Counted from the first letter of the stretch, positions 7,312-16,443 are shown. The stretch is DNA of 25,998 nucleotides from an uncultured virus (IMG/VR IMGVR_UViG_3300050508_000500) (IMGVR_UViG_3300050508_000500); one strand, 5' to 3'. A program made the numbers and translations. The notes: generated from the letters alone by a model not told the origin.

Positions 7312-8342
7312 TGGCGGAGGAGTCACGGCCTATTCCTGAACGGCTAATCGCGCCATGGATTGCCGACAATCAGGACTTCCTTCGTCAAATTGGCGAAAGA
7401 CTGAACCTCCTGGAAGATGCCACTGAGTTGCGCGATTTGCTCCATATCCGCACGGTGGAAGCAGCGCCTCCCACGTCATTAGGTGCAGTGGATGCGGCGG
7501 TCATTGATGTCCCGCTCGGCGATATCTGTTCTATTTTGATTCAAGCAGTCCGTGTCGATGCCGATGGCCAAACGTCGTTCGGCGACCCTATCCGTGAAAC
7601 TGGTATTAATGGTGAAGAATTGAGCTTGGCCCGTACGCCTTTACGTATGCTCGCGGAAAATATCTTGTTGGTCGACAGCTGTACGCCCACGATTGCCGAT
7701 ACGTCATTCTGGTCGATGCTCATGGAAGTGAATCAAACGATTACGCGGCGTATAAACGGTGGGACGAGGAATGCTGGTATTAATCGAGCGTATGAAAGGT
7801 TGGTCGTTGATGGCGGCTTTCTCGCCCTGCTTGAGAATCCTGAAGTGATTGCGATGAGCAAGAGTAGTGAGCGTATTACGCTTGCGGCTCTTCAGGCCAG
7901 AACACACCAGTTTGATCGTGCGCTTGTCTCCGATCGTGAACTCCTTGGACAGATACTCCAGCCAGGAGAATTTCTCGCGCCAGAGCCGCTTGTCACAGGG
8001 ACTAAAGGCCGGTTTGGCGTGGAAAAGCGTGGATTCAAGCATGACGAGCGGCAGGCCCTGCGTGATTTCTATGAGCGGCGCTTAGGCATGACCTATTTTA
8101 AACCCCATCCGTTTTCACGGGCCTTACGTATTGAAGCACGGCTAGAGAGGCTCTGTGATGATACATGGCTGATGCCGTTACTTTCCGCCCTCACGTACCA
8201 TACGGCAGATCGAAGCGTGGAGCCCTGGCCCCAGTTTCTGGCGGATTGGACGACGAAGCGGTTATCAGCCATTGCGACGCTCTACGGCATGTTCAATTTT
8301 CCACGTACGCCCTTTTTCGATCCGGCTAGAACACTCATCTAA
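7311..8342 (+). CDS. NurA-like nuclease (RNase H fold)
   Basis: 'GAVDAA', 'IADTSF', 'IAMSKSS', C-terminal 'EPWPQFLADWTTK' correspond to NurA AVDGS / DGS / GxxK / YPxxLxxAH motifs; directly upstream of HerA. Confidence 0.7.
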   Translation: MAEESRPIPERLIAPWIADNQDFLRQIGERLNLLEDATELRDLLHIRTVEAAPPTSLGAVDAAVIDVPLGDICSILIQAVRVDADGQTSFGDPIRETGINGEELSLARTPLRMLAENILLVDSCTPTIADTSFWSMLMEVNQTITRRINGGTRNAGINRAYERLVVDGGFLALLENPEVIAMSKSSERITLAALQARTHQFDRALVSDRELLGQILQPGEFLAPEPLVTGTKGRFGVEKRGFKHDERQALRDFYERRLGMTYFKPHPFSRALRIEARLERLCDDTWLMPLLSALTYHTADRSVEPWPQFLADWTTKRLSAIATLYGMFNFPRTPFFDPARTLI

Positions 8343-8361
8343 CCCGGACGAAAGGAGTCTG

Positions 8362-9999
8362 ATGGAACGATGGATTGCGACGCTCGATGGTGTCAAAGAT
8401 GGCCTTATTTACTGTACGATTCTCCACGAGGCTCGTGGAACCCCGCTGACAGGACAATATGTCGCCTTGCCGGTCGAGTTAAATCTCATTGTGGGACGCA
8501 TGGGGCCTATTAATCTGAGCAATCCGATTCATGACGATCCTGCCTTCAAGCCCTATCTCATGGTTCATGGTCGCGTGGAGCAATGGTCCCGCGAAGTCGA
8601 TATTGAGCAATCGACCATTCAGATTATTGGGACGGTCGATGCCAAAAACGTCAAAATCCCGCAACAAGCCTGGCCATCGACTGGGACGCTCATTGCCCTC
8701 GCAGATAGTGACCATCTCACACGACTCTACAATGAGAAAGATGAGCGGTATCGGCTCGCACTGGGCCATATTCCCAATACCCCAGAGATTCTCGCAACGA
8801 TTATCAATCGCAATTTTGGCCGAGTTGAAGACGGTGGGTATGGGGAGGCCCGCTTGTATGCGGTTTATGGCCAAACGGGATCAGGCAAAACGGTTTTTGC
8901 GCTGATGTTGATCGCTGGGAAGCTCTGCGCACATCCACAGATGGGCTTACTTATGCCCGATACGGCGGGCGATCTCTCGGATGCCACGCGCCATGATCGA
9001 GGCGACTTCCATTGGAATTATCTGGAGGTCTGTCAGGCTGCGGGGATCAAGGTTGAGGTGCTCAATGTCCAGGACATTTGCATGACCGATCGAGCCACGT
9101 TGGCTGATCTCCTGGTGTTTCCGTTCCATCGGCATATAGGGAATATGCGCGACGACATTGCCTATAGGTTGGGGGAGCTTGTGAGCGAAGAGATTTTTGG
9201 TGAGAAGGATGTCACCATTGCGGAACTGACGAGTGAGCGCGTGCTTGACGCCGTTGGCGTCCATATTGGCTCCTGTTATGCCGGGGGCGGCAATACCCAG
9301 AAAGCCAAGCTGCAAGAAGTCGCTCAATTGCAGACACAGCCTGCTCGGCGTCGGGCTTTTGAGCGTGACTTTGAGCGCGTCAGGCAGTTCTTTGATGGCC
9401 GCGAACGCATGGGTGATCTTGTCCAGAGTATTTTAGAGCATGGGCGCAAGGTGGTTATACGGATGGATTCGCGGTATCTCCGGGAAAAAGAACAAGTCTA
9501 CGTCATGAGGGAACTCATGGAGCATCTGACGCAGCATGCTCAAAGGCGCTATACCCAGGGGCAACAAAACAATGCCCTCGTGGTTTTGGATGAGGGGACG
9601 CGGTGGGTCCCCGAAGCGCGAGTCGATGATACCAATGAAACACGGTCGGTCGTGAATCGGGCCTACCGTGAAACGCGTAAATATGGCGTCGGCTGGATGG
9701 TTATTGCCCAACGCATTGCCGAAGTGGCGAAAACGGTCTTAACCCAGTCGCAGATGGTGTGGTTTGGTCGCGGGTTGGGCAGCGGAACAGACCGGCGCCA
9801 TTTAGAAGAGGTGTTGCTCAAAGAAGGGCTGGAAACCTATGACCGCCTCGAACTCCAGGGCGGCTTTTTCTGGGTGGGCAAGGGCCAGGAGAACAATCTC
9901 GGTACGGAAGGCAACTTTACGACGGTCCATCCCTTCGGTGGGGATGCAACAGCGGCGTTAATTGCCGCGAATCCTGCAATCTTTAGGAGACGGCACTAA
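8362..9999 (+). CDS. HerA/FtsK-family ATPase
   Basis: N-terminal HAS-barrel-like region, Walker A GQTGSGKT, Walker B VVLDEG, 'RETRKYGVGWMVIAQR'; AAGGAG RBS. Confidence 0.9.
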   Translation: MERWIATLDGVKDGLIYCTILHEARGTPLTGQYVALPVELNLIVGRMGPINLSNPIHDDPAFKPYLMVHGRVEQWSREVDIEQSTIQIIGTVDAKNVKIPQQAWPSTGTLIALADSDHLTRLYNEKDERYRLALGHIPNTPEILATIINRNFGRVEDGGYGEARLYAVYGQTGSGKTVFALMLIAGKLCAHPQMGLLMPDTAGDLSDATRHDRGDFHWNYLEVCQAAGIKVEVLNVQDICMTDRATLADLLVFPFHRHIGNMRDDIAYRLGELVSEEIFGEKDVTIAELTSERVLDAVGVHIGSCYAGGGNTQKAKLQEVAQLQTQPARRRAFERDFERVRQFFDGRERMGDLVQSILEHGRKVVIRMDSRYLREKEQVYVMRELMEHLTQHAQRRYTQGQQNNALVVLDEGTRWVPEARVDDTNETRSVVNRAYRETRKYGVGWMVIAQRIAEVAKTVLTQSQMVWFGRGLGSGTDRRHLEEVLLKEGLETYDRLELQGGFFWVGKGQENNLGTEGNFTTVHPFGGDATAALIAANPAIFRRRH

Positions 10000-11195
10000 T
10001 GGCCACTGCTCCAGCATTACATCTTGTCGACGTTTCTCTAAAGGACCCCAGCCAGGAAACATGGGAAGCTCTTATTGCTCGCTATGGGCAAGCCTTCATT
10101 GCGATTGAAGCACGCGAGGCGACGACGAGCTGGGACAAAGCGCAATTAGTGAGAGACTTTGACGAAGAAGTACTTCGCCATCCGGCGATGCATGGAAAAC
10201 CGCGGCATGAGATCAGCAAGAAGGCCAATATGGACCTGCGAGCATGGCTGGAGACGCAACGGCAACCTGCCGTGCGGCCCTCGTTTCTTGCTAATGCACG
10301 CAAACTCTTTGCAACGTGGCCAGATATTATTGCCGGCAATAATATCTTGCCCTATGAAGCCTATCGACACATGGCAAACTGTAATTTGCCACGTACAGAA
10401 AAAGAAGAAGTCCGCGCTTGGGCGGAAGAGACTCGCCCTCTTCGGACAGAACTGCGGCGTGCCATTCGTGCCCGTGTCGATGCCGCACAGGGCGTGTATC
10501 GCCCTGACTTTGATCTCAAGGTGTCAAATCATTGGGTCTTTGCCGCTGACGATAAGCGCCTCGATGGCTTTGAAGGCGGGGTCAATCCCGCCCTGTATGC
10601 GAACCTCATCCATTACTTCTCCAATCCCGGCGATACCGTGCTTGATCCCTTCGCAGGTGGTGGTCTCCTCGCAGCCACTCTCAAGCGGTACACCCATTTT
10701 CAGCACGTGACGCAGGCAGAATTTAGCGGACCACGCTATGCCCTCATGGCGGACATTGCCCCGCAGCATCCAGCGATTGTACAGGCCGATGCCCGTATAA
10801 GTCTCCCGTTTCCTGATCAATGTGCCCACCTCGCTATCTGCGACCCCCCCTATCTGACAATAGCGAAAGGCAAATATACTGAGCTAGGGCATGTCTTTGC
10901 AGAGTGGCGGGAGGGCCTCAAAGCGGCTATCAACCAAGTTGCTCGCTGCCTCACCCCTGAGGGTATTTTGGTCATCATGACCGATGATCTCTTGCGTAAG
11001 CAACAGCATATACCTCTTGGCTATAAAGTCGTGAGCTTGCTCGAAGAGGAAGGCTGGCAACTCATGACGACGCTCTATAACTTCAATCGCAATTTTCTCA
11101 GTATGAGCCCTGTCGCTATGGCGGGTGCCAAACATGCACGGTTTGCGGTGAATGCCGTCAAATCTATTCAGGTAGCCGTACGGCCTACCGTCTAA
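9999..11195 (+). CDS. Amino-methyltransferase (probably DNA m6A/m4C) with extra N-terminal helical domain
   Basis: 'GDTVLDPFAGGG' motif I followed by 'CDPPY' motif IV; TAATG coupling to HerA. Confidence 0.8.
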   Translation: MATAPALHLVDVSLKDPSQETWEALIARYGQAFIAIEAREATTSWDKAQLVRDFDEEVLRHPAMHGKPRHEISKKANMDLRAWLETQRQPAVRPSFLANARKLFATWPDIIAGNNILPYEAYRHMANCNLPRTEKEEVRAWAEETRPLRTELRRAIRARVDAAQGVYRPDFDLKVSNHWVFAADDKRLDGFEGGVNPALYANLIHYFSNPGDTVLDPFAGGGLLAATLKRYTHFQHVTQAEFSGPRYALMADIAPQHPAIVQADARISLPFPDQCAHLAICDPPYLTIAKGKYTELGHVFAEWREGLKAAINQVARCLTPEGILVIMTDDLLRKQQHIPLGYKVVSLLEEEGWQLMTTLYNFNRNFLSMSPVAMAGAKHARFAVNAVKSIQVAVRPTV

Positions 11196-11201
11196 GGAGC
11201 A

Positions 11202-11561
11202 ATGCGTATGGCCGACCCTACCCTCGAAGACCTACGCGGCTGGTTAGCGGAGCTTTCTCACCTCTCCAAGACGTATCAGGAGATAGCCGCCCCATACCAA
11301 ACACAGATTACCCGTCTTGAAGGGGAGCTTGCCCAGCATACCGCAGCCTTGACCTTCCAGATGGAGACCCTGCAAGCCCTCATTAAGCCCGCCATTCTGA
11401 CGTTGAAGCAGACGCAGAAGGTGCCCTACGTGACGGTCACGTACGTGCACAGGCCGAAGTGGGACGACAAGAAACTCCGCGCGATGGCGGAGGAAATCCC
11501 GGCGATCATGCAAGCCTATGAGGATGGGTCTACCGTCCAATTCCGCAAGACATCGCACTAG
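11202..11561 (+). CDS. Coiled-coil protein, possibly Mu Gam / gp157-like
   Basis: Long N-terminal coiled coil, then beta strands and 'KWDDKKL...P.I'; AAGGAG RBS. Confidence 0.5.
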   Translation: MRMADPTLEDLRGWLAELSHLSKTYQEIAAPYQTQITRLEGELAQHTAALTFQMETLQALIKPAILTLKQTQKVPYVTVTYVHRPKWDDKKLRAMAEEIPAIMQAYEDGSTVQFRKTSH

Positions 11562-11569
11562 GAGCCCCT

Positions 11570-11797
11570 ATGCCCCCCGATCCCTGGTCTCGCCGCGTCC
11601 TCCACGCGATCCCTCCCCTGGCGGATCGGATCTGGGTGGGCATCTTGCTCTTCACGATCTTCATGTGTGGGGCCATCCTGGGGCTCACCCTCCACGACCT
11701 GCGCCGTGCCGCTACGGTGCCCGAGCCTTTTCCACTGCAGCACCAGCTCAATAGCTTGGAGCAGCGGGTGCGTGCGTTGGAACAACGCCAGCCGTGA
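11570..11797 (+). CDS. Small single-TM protein with C-terminal coiled coil
   Basis: Hydrophobic IWVGILLFTIFMCGAILGL; 'LNSLEQRVRALEQR'; AGGAG RBS. Confidence 0.6.
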   Translation: MPPDPWSRRVLHAIPPLADRIWVGILLFTIFMCGAILGLTLHDLRRAATVPEPFPLQHQLNSLEQRVRALEQRQP

Positions 11798-11821
11798 AAT
11801 ATTTCTTGACTTTTCCCCAAG

Positions 11822-11830
11822 TTATCCACA
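11822..11830 (+). promoter_or_regulatory. Perfect DnaA box in AT-rich promoter-like region
   Basis: TTATCCACA, next to TTGACT (11806) and palindrome GAAATATTTC (11796-11805). Confidence 0.45.
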
Positions 11831-11883
11831 ACCTTAGCGCATAATTCGCTCTTGCCCTCGGGTGAGATCCGCCTCTGTCTCGC

Positions 11884-11925
11884 AAGCGGCCTTCGGGAAC
11901 ACGATTCCTGGAGGCCGCTTTTTTT
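11884..11925 (+). terminator. Rho-independent terminator
   Basis: AAGCGGCC...GGCCGCTT long stem followed by T-run. Confidence 0.75.
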
Positions 11926-11937
11926 GGTGCCCCGCTC

Positions 11938-11987
11938 CCGCTGTGAGATGCAGCGGTCTTTGGTCCATGGCTGGCGAGATGCCGGCC
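11938..11987 (+). promoter_or_regulatory. Twin GAGAT-loop hairpins in scaffold leader
   Basis: CCGCTGT-GAGAT-GCAGCGG and GGCTGGC-GAGAT-GCCGGCC. Confidence 0.6.
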
Positions 11988-12014
11988 CAACCACACACAC
12001 CGAGAGGGTGCTGT

Positions 12015-12794
12015 ATGGCGCTGAAACAATGGTATACGGCTGCGGGAGAGATTCCTGACAGCTTCCGCGAACTCTATGCCGAGCATGAGGGGAAATGGAT
12101 TCTCCAGACCGAACCCTCACTCGATGGCATTCCCAAGCTGCAAGAAGCCCTGACGACCGAGCGCACGGTACGTCGGGAAGTCGAGAAGCAGCTCGTAGAT
12201 ATGAAGACGCGCTATGAAGGCATCGATCCTGATGAACACCGGAAGATGCAAGAGCGCGTCAAGGGCTTGGACGATGCCGATATTTACGACCGTCAAGGCA
12301 TCGAGGTGCTCATCGCTAAACGTACCGACAGCATGCGGGCCGATCATGAACGCCAGGTAGGCACCCTGAAACGCGAGAATGATCAGCTGAAAACGACCGC
12401 CGCCGATCTGGATCGCCGCTGGCGCCAGGACCGCATCAAAACGGCACTCCTTGACGCGGTCACAAAAAACGGTGTGTATGAGAAAGCAGTTGACGATGCG
12501 GTACAACGCGGGCTGTCCGTGTTCACCGACCTGGACGATAAAGGGAATGTGATCGCCAAAAACGGTGATGATACGATTTACGGCAAAGATGGCGTCAATG
12601 CCCTGAATCCGAGCGAGTGGATTACCACGCTCAAAGCCAGTGGCCAGGCGCCGCACCTGTGGCCGCCGTCGTCCGGCGGTGGTGCCCCGGCAAGTCATAG
12701 CGGCAATGGCGCGGGCATCGACTGGAACAGTATCACGAATCCGGCAGAACGCCTGACCCGCTTCCGTGAGTGGCAGGCGACGCAAACCCGCTAA
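12015..12794 (+). CDS. Capsid scaffolding protein
   Basis: 'EIPDSFRELYAEHEGKWIL' N-terminus, coiled coil, 'APHLWPPSSGGGA'; directly before capsid gene. Confidence 0.85.
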   Translation: MALKQWYTAAGEIPDSFRELYAEHEGKWILQTEPSLDGIPKLQEALTTERTVRREVEKQLVDMKTRYEGIDPDEHRKMQERVKGLDDADIYDRQGIEVLIAKRTDSMRADHERQVGTLKRENDQLKTTAADLDRRWRQDRIKTALLDAVTKNGVYEKAVDDAVQRGLSVFTDLDDKGNVIAKNGDDTIYGKDGVNALNPSEWITTLKASGQAPHLWPPSSGGGAPASHSGNGAGIDWNSITNPAERLTRFREWQATQTR

Positions 12795-12866
12795 CTCCTC
12801 CCCTGACGAGCCTCCTGGCAGGGCGCTGAGGCAGGGCGAGGGCACATCCGTGGAGGAAACATCCCT

Positions 12867-13802
12867 ATGGCCCTGACCATCGTGGAAGCGTCCAAGCTCA
12901 ATTCGGGCGATGTCGCCCGCACGGCAATTGTGGAAATGTACGCGAGGAATTCTGACATCCTCAGAGTGTTACCTTTTGAAGGAATCGCTGGCAATGCGCT
13001 GAAGTATAATCGTGAGGATATTTTGCCCGGCGTGGGATTTCGCGGAGTGAACGAAGGTTTTACGGAGTCGGTTGGAGTGCTGAACCCCATCACGGAATCC
13101 CTTGTCATTGCTGGCGGAGACCTCGATGTTGACCGGTTTATCACGCGAACGATGGGAGCCAACCAACGCAGCGTGCAGGAGGGTCTGAAGGTCAAGGCCC
13201 TTGCCCACCGCTGGACCCTCGCTTTTATAAAAGGTGACAGTTCAGCCGACCCTCGAGAATTTGATGGGCTGCAACGGCGTATCCCGCCAGGGAGTTCACA
13301 ACTCCTCGATGCCGGGGCCACGTCGGGCGGGGATGCGCTCTCCTTGTTCAAGCTCGATACGCTGATCAGCAAGGTCGATGACCCTAACTACCTCATTATG
13401 AACAACACGATGGCACTCAGGTTGGCGCAGGCAGCGCGCAATACGGCGGTGGGCGGGTTCATTACATGGGACCCCAATCAGTTCGGGCAGCGCGTCATGG
13501 CCTACAACGGCATTCCGATCCTCATTGCCCGCGAAGATAATGTTGGGAACGACATCCTGCCGTTTACCGAGGCGAATCCGGGCGGGGGCGCCGCCGCCAG
13601 TACCAGCGTTTATGCGGTCCAGTTTGGCGACGGCGGCGTAGTAGGGATACAAAATGGGCCTTTAGACGTAAGAGACCTAGGAGAATTAGAAGCAAAACCG
13701 GTCTTTAGGACCAGGGTCGAGTGGTTCGCCTCCATTGCAGTATTCCATGGTAGATCAGTTGCAAGACTACGAGGCATAAAAGATGCAGCCGTTGTGGTAT
13801 AG
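12867..13802 (+). CDS. Major capsid protein (HK97 fold)
   Basis: 'MALTIVEASK', 'YNRE..LPGVGFRGVNEG', 'GGDLDVDRFI', 'FIKGD..DPREFDGLQRR', 'VRDLGEL..KPVFRTRVEW'. Confidence 0.92.
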   Translation: MALTIVEASKLNSGDVARTAIVEMYARNSDILRVLPFEGIAGNALKYNREDILPGVGFRGVNEGFTESVGVLNPITESLVIAGGDLDVDRFITRTMGANQRSVQEGLKVKALAHRWTLAFIKGDSSADPREFDGLQRRIPPGSSQLLDAGATSGGDALSLFKLDTLISKVDDPNYLIMNNTMALRLAQAARNTAVGGFITWDPNQFGQRVMAYNGIPILIAREDNVGNDILPFTEANPGGGAAASTSVYAVQFGDGGVVGIQNGPLDVRDLGELEAKPVFRTRVEWFASIAVFHGRSVARLRGIKDAAVVV

Positions 13803-13807
13803 TATAT

Positions 13808-14692
13808 CTAGTCATTAGAAGGCTGCTTATGAAGACGTATGCGGTAGCGAATAGCTGGAGCTGTAACCCCATAGCGCAAACCCAATTGGCTCAGGGTCCA
13901 CTCTCCAGTTGCATACAACCTGCGTGCCTCTTCGACTTGTGCCTCAGTAATCTTGTGTACGGGGCTGTTGTCGCCACGCAGGATAGACTCAGGATGCAAG
14001 CGCATACCGTTCCTATCGCCACTTGTCTGCGGGCGCGTAGGATTCTCAAGATTCCATCGGCGTACCCCTGCATGGACACGCTCAGGGTTTGTCTGCATGA
14101 TTCCCCGCCCCTTGCTCATCATGTCCTGCACATTCTCTATGTGCGTACCAAGAAAGAGGCACGCTTCGTTGTTGACGCATGCCTTGACATCGCATGCATG
14201 GAGCACAAACAGGCCTTCTGGGGGCCATTCTCCTGTTTTGAGGAACCAGCTGACGATGTGCGCGCTCACATTCCCTTCCTTGTAGGGTGTGGCGCGAAAA
14301 TTCCCGTAGCCGTTCGCATGGGTTGCGCCTCTCCACAGCCAACAGAGACCTTGAGGGCCATAGCCAGGGGTCTTGTCGACCTTACTCCAGAAGCGTGCCG
14401 CAAAGGCCTCGTGGCTCTGTGTCAGCCGGGCTGCGTGGTAACACGCCGTCGAGCAGTATTTCCAGATGGTGGTTTGCCACGGCATCACGGCAAAGGTTTG
14501 ACCGCATGGGGCATAGGCACAGGCCAGCATTTGAGGAAAGACGCGAGGTTGCTGTCTCGCCAAGCTTCGGCATGTGGGCGAACAATACCGGACTCCTCCA
14601 CGCTTGGCTTCGCCAGGCATGGCCTCAAAGGGCTTCGCACATGGCTCGTAGGCACAGAGGAGTTGGACACGGGGCACACGATGAGCAGGCAT
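13808..14692 (-). CDS. Free-standing HNH homing endonuclease with two N-terminal Cys4 zinc fingers and C-terminal HTH
   Basis: Two CAYxPC...YCSxxC repeats; 'RFWSKVDK..CWLWRG..GYG', 'VLHACDVKACVN..LFLGTHIENVQDMMSKGR'; GGAGGT RBS. Confidence 0.88.
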   Translation of the reverse strand: MPAHRVPRVQLLCAYEPCAKPFEAMPGEAKRGGVRYCSPTCRSLARQQPRVFPQMLACAYAPCGQTFAVMPWQTTIWKYCSTACYHAARLTQSHEAFAARFWSKVDKTPGYGPQGLCWLWRGATHANGYGNFRATPYKEGNVSAHIVSWFLKTGEWPPEGLFVLHACDVKACVNNEACLFLGTHIENVQDMMSKGRGIMQTNPERVHAGVRRWNLENPTRPQTSGDRNGMRLHPESILRGDNSPVHKITEAQVEEARRLYATGEWTLSQLGLRYGVTAPAIRYRIRLHKQPSND

Positions 14693-14849
14693 GGAATGAC
14701 CTCCTTGTATGGTCAGAGTGGGGTAGTTAGGCTCCCACATGGACAAGGACCACGCAGGACTTTATCGGGAGGAGCGACCTCCAACCTAACCAACGCTAGA
14801 GTATACAACATATGCTCTCACACGAGAAGGTTCTAAAGGAGATAGTACT

Positions 14850-15278
14850 ATGACGACTGCGGTTTATGACGCCGCGCTTTCGCTCCTGACACCTGGCGCT
14901 GCCCTTGCCGCCAACGGCTCTGGAACAGGCATTCTCGCCTACCCCCGTACCCTCCCAACGTGTGATTGGGTGCTCCATTGGTCCGGCACCGTTGCCACTG
15001 GGACCTATACGTTCAATTTGCAAGTGAGTGACCTTGTGGGTGGAACGTATACAACCATAGCGTCCTATACCGTTACGCCGACGACGGCTGCAGGGCGAGT
15101 GCATATTCCGATGCAGGGCAATGTGGCGCAGGGGCTCGACAATGATAGTAAATTCATCCGCGTCAACTATGCCATCGGCGGGACCACGCCTGGCATAGTC
15201 GCTGGATCTTTTATTACTAAGACAAGTAATAATAACGGCCTTGCGGTGGACGTTGGGGATATTTTTACATTTATCTAA
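14850..15278 (+). CDS. Capsid cement/decoration protein
   Basis: 142 aa beta-rich, 'KFIRVNY..GGTTP'; follows capsid gene; AAGGAG RBS. Confidence 0.65.
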   Translation: MTTAVYDAALSLLTPGAALAANGSGTGILAYPRTLPTCDWVLHWSGTVATGTYTFNLQVSDLVGGTYTTIASYTVTPTTAAGRVHIPMQGNVAQGLDNDSKFIRVNYAIGGTTPGIVAGSFITKTSNNNGLAVDVGDIFTFI

Positions 15279-15308
15279 CTGGTATATATTTGAGAGGAGT
15301 AGTATAAA

Positions 15309-15716
15309 ATGCCGCAAAATCCAGTTATTGTGTACGAGAAAGAAGGTGGCTCCCCCACCTACATGCACACCGTCGATGCCGCCGAAGCCGTGCGCCTGGG
15401 CGATTATACGCCCGTCCCGCCAGGCGGCAAGGAGGTGGAGCCCGAGGCCCGCGCCTCGGCGATGAGCCGCTTCCGGACCGGCCAGGGCGCCACGCATCCT
15501 GAGCTCCAGACCGAGGAGGAGCGCGAGGAGGCCCGTGCCAAGGCGAATGAGCAGGCGGAGCTGCTCGCGGGCGTGCCCGAAGGCGCGCAGGTGGTCGTGA
15601 TGGCGCCGACACCGGCCGCGAGTCCGAGCGCCCGCAGTACCACGCGGAGCCACCAGGCGACCGCGAGTAGTAGTACGCCCCCGGCGACGCCGCCTGCCTC
15701 GCGGCGTAGTGAATAG
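15309..15716 (+). CDS. Hypothetical head-associated protein
   Basis: 'MHTVDAAEAV' N-domain and low-complexity tail; GAGGAG RBS. Confidence 0.7.
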   Translation: MPQNPVIVYEKEGGSPTYMHTVDAAEAVRLGDYTPVPPGGKEVEPEARASAMSRFRTGQGATHPELQTEEEREEARAKANEQAELLAGVPEGAQVVVMAPTPAASPSARSTTRSHQATASSSTPPATPPASRRSE

Positions 15717-15733
15717 GGAAGGATGCAGACGCC

Positions 15734-15910
15734 GTGGCGCATCACGTCACGCCCTGGCTGTCCTGGGGTTGGTATCCTGAGCTGTCAGACTGGCGCTGGT
15801 GGTATTGTCTCGACGTGGAAGAGGCGCCGTATGTGGTGTGGAGTCTGGAGTTGGGTCATTTCTGTGTGCGGATACGCTGGAAGCGCTCGGCCACAGTGGG
15901 AGGCTCTTAG
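15734..15910 (+). CDS. Possible Trp-rich small protein (58 aa, not in ORF track)
   Basis: GTG..TAG frame with 8 Trp fills the gap and ends 2 nt before next ATG. Confidence 0.3.
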   Translation: MAHHVTPWLSWGWYPELSDWRWWYCLDVEEAPYVVWSLELGHFCVRIRWKRSATVGGS

Positions 15911-15912
15911 TC

Positions 15913-16443
15913 ATGGCGCTGGATGCGACGCCAGGTGGTATTTCTAGTAACAGTTACGTGACTGTAGCCGATGCGACCCTGTACCTCCAGCAGCGCCCGT
16001 ATCACGACGCGTGGGACGCTGCGCTGGTGAGTGGGGATGCGGCCCCGGCGCTGATGTGGGCCACGAGCCTGCTCGATAGCCTGGTCCACTGGTACGGCAC
16101 GCCCACGACACCGACGCAGGCCCTCGCCTGGCCGCAAACGGGGCAGGTGGATCGCTACGGGCAGCCGATTGATCCGCTGCTCATTCCCGTTCGGCTGGAG
16201 CAGGCAACGGCGGTCTATGCGCTGGCGCTCTTGGGCGATACGACGCTGAGTCAGCCCAACGGCGGGCAGACGGCAGGGATTAAGTCCACGAAGATTGGCG
16301 GGACGACGATCACGTACCAGGATAACCCGAATCCCGTCGTGGGGGCCTCACCGGTAACGAGCGTCCCCAGTGAGGTCCGCGCGTTGCTCAAAGGCTATGG
16401 CGTCATGGCGGGCATGATCGCTATTCCCATTCTGCGCACATGA
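15913..16443 (+). CDS. Head-tail adaptor (DnaT-like family)
   Basis: 'NSYVTVADA', 'QALAWP', 'IKSTKIG...ITY'; GGGAGG RBS. Confidence 0.82.
   Translation: MALDATPGGISSNSYVTVADATLYLQQRPYHDAWDAALVSGDAAPALMWATSLLDSLVHWYGTPTTPTQALAWPQTGQVDRYGQPIDPLLIPVRLEQATAVYALALLGDTTLSQPNGGQTAGIKSTKIGGTTITYQDNPNPVVGASPVTSVPSEVRALLKGYGVMAGMIAIPILRT

Noticed and set aside
13829..14836. 335-aa plus-strand ORF after the capsid gene
   Set aside because: Shadow of the minus-strand HNH gene, which has clear motifs and an RBS
13803..14849. Group I intron housing the HNH gene
   Set aside because: Flanking genes are complete, the HNH is antisense and intergenic, and no intron core was recognised
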